Origin: an uncultured Anaerolineae bacterium
GTDB lineage: Bacteria; Chloroflexota; Anaerolineae; VGOG01
Direction: 5' to 3'
Assembly (NCBI GenBank): GCA_964400825.1
Contig: CAYNWI010000001.1
Span: 1,166-33,067, forward strand
DNA: 31,902 bases
Below are positions 8,141 to 14,629 of the stretch, one piece after another; position 1 is the first letter of the stretch, and each line of letters opens with the position of its first letter. The position numbers were made by a program, and so were the translations under genes. The notes under the pieces are model-generated. The model worked only from the letters and a program-made list of their open reading frames with translations, searched no databases and had not been told where the DNA came from.

Positions 8141-8364
8141 GCCCTAGGTTACCAGCGCTACGACCACGCAAGGTGCTGAAGGCTCTCAAGGAGGCAGGCT
8201 TTTATGAGGATCACCAAACTGGCAGCCACGTAATCTTGTATAAAGATGGGCACCCCAACCCTGTATCTGTTCCCAGGCACAACAAGGCTTTGAAGCGAGG
8301 GACACTATCTAGGATTATCAAAGATGCAGGACTAACTCCTGGGGAGTTCCTGCAATTGCTTTGA
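8137..8364 (+). CDS. hicA: HicA family mRNA interferase toxin
   Basis: KVLKALKEAGF, GSHVIL, VSVPRH, LKRGTLSRII; GTGA overlap with hicB. Confidence 0.9.
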   Translation: MSPRLPALRPRKVLKALKEAGFYEDHQTGSHVILYKDGHPNPVSVPRHNKALKRGTLSRIIKDAGLTPGEFLQLL

Positions 8365-8388
8365 GAGGATACAAAGAATGCAGTATTT

Positions 8389-8426
8389 AACGCACCGAGA
8401 GCCTATGGCCTCGGTCGTTGTTTTTT
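8389..8426 (+). terminator. Intrinsic terminator after hicBA
   Basis: AACG-ACCGAG-GCC/GGC-CTCGGT-CGTT bulged stem, then GTTTTTT. Confidence 0.6.
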
Positions 8427-8437
8427 AGGGGATTCGA

Positions 8438-9466
8438 GTGGAAAGGATCATCGAGCTGCATGTGGCCGAGACCGGCCAAAGGATAGATAAATACATCGCT
8501 GACGAGATACCTGAGCTCTCCCGTTCCGTGGTGCAAAGGCTCATCAAGCAGGGGCGGGTGACGGTGGGCGGTGAGGCTAGCAAGTCCAGCTACCGGGTGG
8601 AGATGGGTGACGAAATCGTGGTGCGCATCCCACCGCTGGAGCCTATGGAGGTCAAGCCACAGGCTATTCCCCTGGACATTGTCTACGAGGACGAGGGCAT
8701 CATCGTGGTGAACAAACCGGCGGGAATGGTGGTGCACCCTGCCTACGGCCACTGCACCGGGACTCTGGTCAACGCCGTCCTGGCTCATTGCCCAGGCCTG
8801 GCGGGTGCGGAGGGCGACCCACGGCCAGGCATCGTCCACCGCTTGGACAAAGACACCTCCGGCCTGATCATCGTGGCCAAGAACGATGCGGCCCGCCGGC
8901 ACCTCCAGCGCCAGTTCAAGCGTCGAGAGGTGAAGAAGGTGTACCTGGCTTTGCTGGAGGGACGCCTGGAGCCAGCGCAGGGTGTAATCGAGGCTCCCAT
9001 CGGGCGGGACAAGAAGCGCCGCAAGCGCATGGCCGTGGTGGAGGGGGGACGGGAGGCCCGCACCGAGTACCAGGTCGTGGAGTACTTTGATGCTAAGGCA
9101 GGCAAGGCGTCCCGCTCCTACACTTTAGTAGAAGCCGAACCCAAGACAGGCCGCACCCATCAGGTGCGCGTCCACTTCGCCTCCATCGGCCATCCCCTGG
9201 CCGGGGATCCCGTTTACGGCTTCCGCAAGCAGCGCCTGAGCGGCTTGCATCGCCAATTCCTCCACGCTCAAACCCTCGGCTTTCGCCTGCCTGTCAGCGA
9301 CCAGTACATCAAGCTCACGGCGGAGTTGCCGGATGATCTCAGGGTGGTGTTGGAGGAGTTGAGGCGGGGGAATTCAGAGGAACTCAGGGGAACTGAGGGG
9401 AACTCGTGGGAACTTGCAAGATCATATCGAGAGCGGAATGGCTGCCCTTTCTCGCTCCCTCGTTGA
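8438..9466 (+). CDS. rluD: RluA-family pseudouridine synthase (RluD-like, S4 domain)
   Basis: RIDKYI S4 start, NKPAGMVVHP, HRLDKDTSG, TGRTHQVRVH, GDPVYG; last ~30 aa are repeat-derived. Confidence 0.9.
   Translation: MERIIELHVAETGQRIDKYIADEIPELSRSVVQRLIKQGRVTVGGEASKSSYRVEMGDEIVVRIPPLEPMEVKPQAIPLDIVYEDEGIIVVNKPAGMVVHPAYGHCTGTLVNAVLAHCPGLAGAEGDPRPGIVHRLDKDTSGLIIVAKNDAARRHLQRQFKRREVKKVYLALLEGRLEPAQGVIEAPIGRDKKRRKRMAVVEGGREARTEYQVVEYFDAKAGKASRSYTLVEAEPKTGRTHQVRVHFASIGHPLAGDPVYGFRKQRLSGLHRQFLHAQTLGFRLPVSDQYIKLTAELPDDLRVVLEELRRGNSEELRGTEGNSWELARSYRERNGCPFSLPR
9370..9419 (+). repeat. 10-mer tandem repeat (GAACTCAGGG type) x5
   Basis: GAATTCAGAG GAACTCAGGG GAACTGAGGG GAACTCGTGG GAACTTGCAA. Confidence 0.8.
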
Positions 9467-9521
9467 CTGGTTACTCGTTGACATGTCACTCGTTACCTTA
9501 TCACTCGTTGCCTCGTTACTC
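9459..9521 (+). repeat. 15-mer/7-mer tandem repeat with CTCGTT core
   Basis: CTCGTTGACTGGTTA CTCGTTGACATGTCA CTCGTTACCTTATCA CTCGTTGC CTCGTTA; contains the rluD stop. Confidence 0.75.
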
Positions 9522-9532
9522 GGAGCACCAAG

Positions 9533-10582
9533 ATGCACCAAGTATTCTTCAGGGAAGCCGTGCTTCAGGAAGAGCTCAACGGCAAGGCACGCTGCCTGAC
9601 CTGCGAGCGGCGGTGCGAGGTAGCGGAGGGCGGCCTGGGCTGGTGCCGCACGCGGCAAAACGAGGGCGGCACGCTTTATACTCTCATCTACGGCAACGTA
9701 TCGTCCCTCTCCGCCAACCCCATCGAGAAGAAGCCCCTCTATCATTTCTACCCCGGCAGCGTGGCCCTGACGGCCGGCAGTTGGAGCTGCAACTTCAACT
9801 GTCCCTGGTGCCAGAACTGGGACATCTCCAAATCGCCCCCTCGCCCTGGACGCTACGTGTCCCCGGAGGATTTCGTCGCTGAGACGGTGCGCCGTGGCTG
9901 TCAGGGCACCTCCATCAGCTTCAACGAGCCTACCCTCTCCCTGGAATGGTCCCTCGACGTGTTCAGGCTCGCCCGACAGCGGGGCCTCTACAACACCTAC
10001 GTGACCAACGGCTACATGACCCCTGAGGCGCTGGAGTTGCTGATCGAAGCGGGTCTGGATGCCATGAACGTGGACATCAAAGGGGATGCGGCAGCGGTGA
10101 AAAAGCATTGCGGCACCGATGTGGAGAAGGTCTGGCGCAACTGCCAGGAGGCCAAGAAAGCGGGGGTGCACATTGAGGTCACCACCTTGGTGATACCGAC
10201 CATCAACGACGACGAAGGGATTTTGCGGGGCATCGCCCGGCGCATCCGCCAGGAGCTGGGCGCCGACACCCCCTGGCACTGCAGCGGCTACTATCCCGCC
10301 TACAAATTCACTGCCCCGCCCACGCCGTTGCGGACCCTGGAGCGGGCCCACGACATCGGCAGGGGGGAGGGGCTGGACTTCGTCTACCTGGGCAACGTAC
10401 TGGGCCATCGGTACGAGAACACCTATTGTCCGGAGTGTGGGGAGTTGCTGATCCGGCGGCGGGGGTTGGATGTGGCCGAGTACAGGTTGCAGGACAACAG
10501 GTGCTCGCATTGCGGGCGGGCCGTCCCGGTGGTGACGGGCGTTGATGAGTTGAGCTTTGACTTGTCTGCTGCTTTGTGTTAA
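9533..10582 (+). CDS. amrS: AmmeMemoRadiSam system radical SAM enzyme
   Basis: N-terminal CLTCERRC...GWCRTR, ANPIEKKPLYHFYPG, CNFNCPWC, FNEP, TNGY, C-terminal CPEC/CSHC. Confidence 0.9.
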   Translation: MHQVFFREAVLQEELNGKARCLTCERRCEVAEGGLGWCRTRQNEGGTLYTLIYGNVSSLSANPIEKKPLYHFYPGSVALTAGSWSCNFNCPWCQNWDISKSPPRPGRYVSPEDFVAETVRRGCQGTSISFNEPTLSLEWSLDVFRLARQRGLYNTYVTNGYMTPEALELLIEAGLDAMNVDIKGDAAAVKKHCGTDVEKVWRNCQEAKKAGVHIEVTTLVIPTINDDEGILRGIARRIRQELGADTPWHCSGYYPAYKFTAPPTPLRTLERAHDIGRGEGLDFVYLGNVLGHRYENTYCPECGELLIRRRGLDVAEYRLQDNRCSHCGRAVPVVTGVDELSFDLSAALC

Positions 10583-10585
10583 AAT
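10557..10585 (+). promoter_or_regulatory. Sigma70-type promoter (copy 1 of a duplicated promoter)
   Basis: TTGACT, 17 nt, TAAAAT, with TG extension; overlaps the amrS stop. Confidence 0.8.
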
Positions 10586-10629
10586 GGACATCAAGGGAAG
10601 GCTAGCTGGAGTGGGTAGAAAGGAGAGGT

Positions 10630-10929
10630 ATGGAAAGAATTGCACTGAGAACTCAATTCTCCACCGGAGTTAATTGGGATGAAGTCCGCAAGGTTCTGAG
10701 CAGCGCGCTGCGTAACGAGACTGAGCTGGCCGACGCGCGACGCACTTACTTTGAACGCGCTTGCCATGCTTTTGAACAGCGGTACCAGATATCTTCTGAA
10801 GAGTTTATGCAGCAATTTGAATCCGGCGCGCTGGGTGACGATGCTGACTATTTTGATTGGTATGCGGCCAAACGTGGCTTCGACCTGTGGGAGCGACGCT
10901 TTCGCATCTTGTCAGGAGTCCAGGTTTGA
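10630..10929 (+). CDS. Small antitoxin-like hypothetical protein
   Basis: 99 aa, AAGGAGAGG RBS; FEQRYQISSEEFMQQFESGALGDDADYFDW resembles partners of DUF6516/TumE toxins; coupled to a toxin remnant. Confidence 0.7.
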   Translation: MERIALRTQFSTGVNWDEVRKVLSSALRNETELADARRTYFERACHAFEQRYQISSEEFMQQFESGALGDDADYFDWYAAKRGFDLWERRFRILSGVQV

Positions 10930-11061
10930 ACTTACGCGATTACTACCCATCCCGCCGTTTCCACCTTCCCCGACCATCGTCACGACGATCAGGGTGGAGT
11001 GCATCCGGCATCTTCAATGAGTGCCCCCGATGTCTTGGATGCTGTATTGCAGTTCATCTGA
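10926..11061 (+). pseudogene. Internally deleted DUF6516/TumE-like toxin remnant
   Basis: TTG start overlapping the upstream TGA gives MNLRDYY; a shifted frame reads HPAVSTFPDHRHDDQGGVHPASSMSAPDVLDAVLQFI-stop, like the family C-terminus. Confidence 0.6.
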
Positions 11062-11109
11062 CATTTGGCCGCCGAAATGCTGGAGGGGGCTCTTGATTTG
11101 AATCGAGCA

Positions 11110-11138
11110 TTGACTTGTCTCTTGGTTTGTGCTAAAAT
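11110..11138 (+). promoter_or_regulatory. Sigma70-type promoter (copy 2 of a duplicated promoter)
   Basis: TTGACT, 17 nt, TAAAAT, with TG extension. Confidence 0.8.
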
Positions 11139-11221
11139 GGGTGGCACACATCAGGAACGGCCTGACTATGATCTCTGTCGCCACCTGTCAGGTCTAAAAG
11201 ATAGCGAAGGGAGTCAAGCAA

Positions 11222-11782
11222 ATGTCAACTAAAGTTCCAATCTATCAGATCAAGGTCACGCTAGATGACAGCAAGCCGCCTATCTGGCGGCGCATCCTGG
11301 TGCCCAGCGACATCACCCTGGCAAAACTACACCGCATCCTCCAGGTCGTGATGGGATGGTCGGATTACCACCTTCACCAGTTCATCGTCGGAGGGGCCTA
11401 CATTGGTGAGCCTCACCCCGACTATGACGATTACCTGGACATGCACGACGAACGGGACGTGACGCTACGCCAGATCGTGTCCGGCGAGAGGTTCAAGTTC
11501 CGCTACGAGTACGACTTTGGGGATAGTTGGCTGCACCAGGTGCTGGTGGAGAAGGTGTTGCCGCCGCAGCCAGGCCAGCAGTACCCGCTGTGCATCAAGG
11601 GCAAGCGCGCCTGCCCACCGGAGGACGTGGGCGGGGTATGGGGCTACGGCGACTTCTTGGAGGCCATCCAGAACCCCGACCACCCTGAGCACGAGGAGTA
11701 CCTGGAGTGGGTAGGCGGCGAATTCGACCCCGAGGAGTTTGACCTGGACGGGGTCAACGAGGTGTTACGCACGTTGCGATGA
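11222..11782 (+). CDS. Plasmid pRiA4b ORF-3 family protein
   Basis: YQIKVTL...PPIWRRILVP, LHRILQVVMGWSDYHLHQF, YEYDFGDSW, GKRACPPEDVGG. Confidence 0.92.
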   Translation: MSTKVPIYQIKVTLDDSKPPIWRRILVPSDITLAKLHRILQVVMGWSDYHLHQFIVGGAYIGEPHPDYDDYLDMHDERDVTLRQIVSGERFKFRYEYDFGDSWLHQVLVEKVLPPQPGQQYPLCIKGKRACPPEDVGGVWGYGDFLEAIQNPDHPEHEEYLEWVGGEFDPEEFDLDGVNEVLRTLR

Positions 11783-11786
11783 ACAA

Positions 11787-11819
11787 AGACCTGACAGGTT
11801 TGCCAAACCTGTCAGGTCT
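11787..11819. repeat. REP-like perfect palindrome
   Basis: AGACCTGACAGGTTT-GCC-AAACCTGTCAGGTCT (15-bp arms); decayed copy at 11159-11195. Confidence 0.9.
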
Positions 11820-11849
11820 GCAGAAATCTGGGGTTACGGGAGAGGAGCG

Positions 11850-13262
11850 GTGGAGCAGGAAACTTACGGCCACGACACCTTTCTTTCGCCCTTCACCTGG
11901 CGTTACGGCAGCCGGGAGATGCGAGGGGTGTGGTCGGAGGTGCACAAGCGGCGGCTGTGGCGGCGGGTCTGGGTGGCCCTGGCGGAGGCCGAGCACGAAG
12001 CGGGGCTGGTTAGTGAGGCGGAGCTGGATGACCTGAGAGCCCACCAGGACGAGGTGGACATCGCCCGATCCCTCGAGATCGAGGCGGAGATCGGCCACGA
12101 CAAGATGGCCGAGATTAGAGCCTACGCTGAGCAGTGCCCGATTGGCGGGGGCAAAATCCACCTGGGGGCTACCAGCGCGGACGTGGAAGATAACGCTGAC
12201 ATCCTGCGCATCAAGGAGTCCCTACATCTGATCCGCAAGCGCCTGCTGGGTCTTCTCGAAGCTTTCGCCACCCAGATCGAACGCTGTCAAGACCTGCCTG
12301 CTATGGGTTACACTCACCTCCAGCCCGCTGAGCCCACTACCCTGGGCTACCGCCTCTGTCAGTACGCCCAGGACTTGCTCATTGACCTCCAGGGTTTGGA
12401 TCACTTGGTGAAAAACCTCAAGGCCAAGGGGCTGAAGGGGGCGGTGGGAACTTCGACCTCCTACGCTCAGTTGCTCCAGGGCAGCGGGATGGCGCCGGCC
12501 GAGCTGGAACAATTGGTCATGGAAAAGCTGGGGCTGGAGGCCGTGCCCGTATCCACTCAGGTTTACCCCCGCAAGCAGGATTTCCTCGTCCTGACCACTC
12601 TGGCCTCGATAGCTCAATCCCTGCACCGATTCGCCTTCGACCTGCGAGTGTTGCACGCCGCACCCTTCGGGGAGTTGAGCGAGCCCTTTGGAGCCAGTCA
12701 GGTGGGCTCCTCCGCCATGCCCTTCAAGCGCAACCCGGTTACTGCTGAGAAGGTCTGCTCGCTGGCTCGTTATCTCAGTACCTTGCCCAAGGTGGCCTGG
12801 GACAACGCGGCCGTCTCTCTCCTGGAACGCACCCTGGACGACTCGGCCAACCGCAGGGTGATCCTTCCTGAGACATTCCTGGCCCTGGACGAAATGCTCA
12901 TCTGCGCCAGGCGCGTTGTCACGGACCTGGTTGTTCACGAGGGGACTATCGAGCGTAATCTGTCCACCTACGGCGTCTTCGCGGCCACCGAGGTGCTGCT
13001 TATGGAGCTGGTCAAGGCCGGCGCCGACCGCCAGGAGATGCACGAGCGCATCCGCCAGCACACCATGGCTGCCTGGGATGCCATTCAGAGGGGCGAGGAG
13101 AACCCCCTGATAGAGCGGCTGAGCAGCGACAGCGACCTCCTCGCTTTCCTGCCCGTCGGGAGGGTGAGGGAACTCCTAGATGTCGTCAACATCGTTGGCG
13201 ATGCCCCCGCCAGGTGCGCGGAGTTTCTGCGTCTTCTGCGAACGCACCTGGCTGAAACCTAG
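11850..13262 (+). CDS. purB: Adenylosuccinate lyase
   Basis: SPFTWRYGS, IHLGATS, MGYTHLQPA, SSAMPFKRNP; start placed at GTG 11850 (the longer ORF runs through the REP). Confidence 0.93.
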   Translation: MEQETYGHDTFLSPFTWRYGSREMRGVWSEVHKRRLWRRVWVALAEAEHEAGLVSEAELDDLRAHQDEVDIARSLEIEAEIGHDKMAEIRAYAEQCPIGGGKIHLGATSADVEDNADILRIKESLHLIRKRLLGLLEAFATQIERCQDLPAMGYTHLQPAEPTTLGYRLCQYAQDLLIDLQGLDHLVKNLKAKGLKGAVGTSTSYAQLLQGSGMAPAELEQLVMEKLGLEAVPVSTQVYPRKQDFLVLTTLASIAQSLHRFAFDLRVLHAAPFGELSEPFGASQVGSSAMPFKRNPVTAEKVCSLARYLSTLPKVAWDNAAVSLLERTLDDSANRRVILPETFLALDEMLICARRVVTDLVVHEGTIERNLSTYGVFAATEVLLMELVKAGADRQEMHERIRQHTMAAWDAIQRGEENPLIERLSSDSDLLAFLPVGRVRELLDVVNIVGDAPARCAEFLRLLRTHLAET

Positions 13263-13277
13263 CGAGGTATAGTGCCC

Positions 13278-13961
13278 ATGAGAATCCTGGTGATTGACGA
13301 GGACGAAGAATTCTCCAAAAGCCTCCGCTATTCTCTGCAGCGGGAAGGGCATCCCGTCTTCGTTGCCCTCGATAGCTCTTCCATCCCAACCCTGGTCTGG
13401 AAACACAAGCCTGACTTGATCATCCTCGACAAAGACCTGCTGGAGATTGACGGTCTTCGCCCTTTCGCTTCCTTGCAGGAGGACGTTGACATGCCGCTCA
13501 TACTTCTCGTTGCTCACGTTAAGGAGGAGGGGCGAAGAGAAGAGGAGTTGTCAGGGGAGCGTATCAGAGCCTTCGGGCTAAAGCATCTTCGTCGTGCGGA
13601 GGCGATCCTGCGACGGTTGCGTAGGCTCTTCGAGGAAGAGAGGACTATCCTGGAGATAGGCCAGTTGACTATTGACTTTGAGAAGAAACGAGTCACTTTC
13701 TACGATAAGCCCTTGTCTTTAACCCCCATCCAATTCCATCTACTGAGCTCTTTGGCCCTCGATGCCGGCCGAGTGATGGGCTATCGGGAACTCCTGGAGA
13801 ACGTGTGGGGTTACAAAGGGGAGGACAGCGAGGCGCGGGAACTGCTCAAGGTCCACATCAACCGCATGAGGCAGAAGATGAAAGCGATAGCCGGGGGGGG
13901 AGAGAGTTATATCCAATCGGTGCGGGGCTTTGGCTATAGGTTGTCTCCCCCAGACGAATAA
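13278..13961 (+). CDS. OmpR/PhoB-family response regulator, atypical receiver
   Basis: MRILVIDED...PDLIILD receiver start; wHTH with LTPIQFHLL, LLENVWG, VHINRMRQK, IQSVRGFGYRL. Confidence 0.88.
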   Translation: MRILVIDEDEEFSKSLRYSLQREGHPVFVALDSSSIPTLVWKHKPDLIILDKDLLEIDGLRPFASLQEDVDMPLILLVAHVKEEGRREEELSGERIRAFGLKHLRRAEAILRRLRRLFEEERTILEIGQLTIDFEKKRVTFYDKPLSLTPIQFHLLSSLALDAGRVMGYRELLENVWGYKGEDSEARELLKVHINRMRQKMKAIAGGGESYIQSVRGFGYRLSPPDE

Positions 13962-13981
13962 AGGCAACAAGTTTTTGACCC

Positions 13982-14030
13982 AACAGGGAATCTCTCGGGC
14001 AATGAGAGATCCCCTGTTTGCGTTCTTTTA
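13982..14030 (+). terminator. Probable terminator hairpin after the regulator
   Basis: AACAGGGAATCTCTC/GAGAGATCCCCTGTT (14/15 paired), then a T-rich tract. Confidence 0.6.
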
Positions 14031-14114
14031 CCGATCCTTAACCAAAGTGTAACCGTTTTCTCACCAAAGATTAACTGACTTGTTACTGACATCCTGGCGA
14101 ATTTAGGTTATAAT
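14027..14114 (+). promoter_or_regulatory. Promoter with six 11-bp-phased direct repeats (OmpR/PhoB-type operator array)
   Basis: TTTACC 14027, TTAACC 14038, GTAACC 14049, CTCACC 14060, TTAACT 14071, GTTACT 14082; CTGACA (14086-14091), 17 nt, TATAAT (14109-14114). Confidence 0.75.
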
Positions 14115-14149
14115 TGATGACAATCATGTTTGAGGAAGGAGGTATTAAA

Positions 14150-14335
14150 ATGGCCAAGTGCCCTGAATGCGGAAACCCAATCGAGGTGGGCAAAAGTGTG
14201 AAGCTGGGAGCGAACATCGAATGCCCAGAATGTGGCACGGTGCTGGAAGTCATCAGCCTAAGCCCCCCCGATCTGGACTACGCTCTTGGAGACGAGGACT
14301 GGGAAGATTGGGAGGAAGAAGAAGAAGAGGCATAA
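14150..14335 (+). CDS. LysW-like zinc-ribbon small protein with acidic tail
   Basis: CPECG...CPECG...LEVISLSPPDLD as in LysW; AAGGAGG RBS; ends DEDWEDWEEEEEEA rather than EDWGE. Confidence 0.85.
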   Translation: MAKCPECGNPIEVGKSVKLGANIECPECGTVLEVISLSPPDLDYALGDEDWEDWEEEEEEA

Positions 14336-14383
14336 CTTCCTCCGCCAGCAGGACATCCCATTCCAAAAGCACACGCGAAACAG

Positions 14384-14412
14384 AGCCCTAACCTGCTGGA
14401 CAGGTTAGGGCT
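14384..14412. repeat. 12-bp perfect inverted repeat
   Basis: AGCCCTAACCTG-CTGGA-CAGGTTAGGGCT. Confidence 0.8.
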
Positions 14413-14478
14413 TACCTCTCCCTACCCATCACAAGACCGTCAGGTCAGGCGAGAGGCGATTTAAGATCACCAGGACCG

Positions 14479-14627
14479 TTGTCAACGGCTTTTTGCCCGA
14501 AATACGTCGCCAGAATTGTCTTGGACGACCAGAACAAGAAGAAGTTGTAAAAATCACCAGCCTCCCCCTCGGTCTGGACTATACTGCCGAGAGCTGGAGT
14601 GAGGACTGGGAGAAAGAGGAGTACTGA
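14479..14627 (+). pseudogene. Decayed second LysW-like copy
   Basis: TTG 14479 frame: MSTAFCPKYVARIVLDD; other frame ending TGA 14625-14627: EEVVKITSLPLGLDYTAESWSEDWEKEEY, which parallels EVISLSPPDLDYALGDEDWEDWEEEEE. Confidence 0.6.
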
Positions 14628-14629
14628 AA

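Noticed and set aside
9459-9521. Constant-core/variable-spacer array as a mini-CRISPR
   Set aside because: Units are 7-15 nt, far below CRISPR repeat and spacer sizes; no cas genes or leader
10927-11061. UGA readthrough or selenocysteine fusing the antitoxin to the downstream frame
   Set aside because: No SECIS-like hairpin evident, TGA is a normal stop elsewhere in the window, and a deleted toxin gene explains the frame more simply
11222-11782. pRiA4b ORF-3 gene as evidence of an integrated plasmid or IS
   Set aside because: No transposase, integrase, rep gene or terminal IRs; the family is often chromosomal and solitary
14027-14091. 11-bp array as replication iterons or DnaA boxes
   Set aside because: No TTATCCACA boxes or rep/dnaA gene; only a 6-bp core is repeated and it overlaps a promoter
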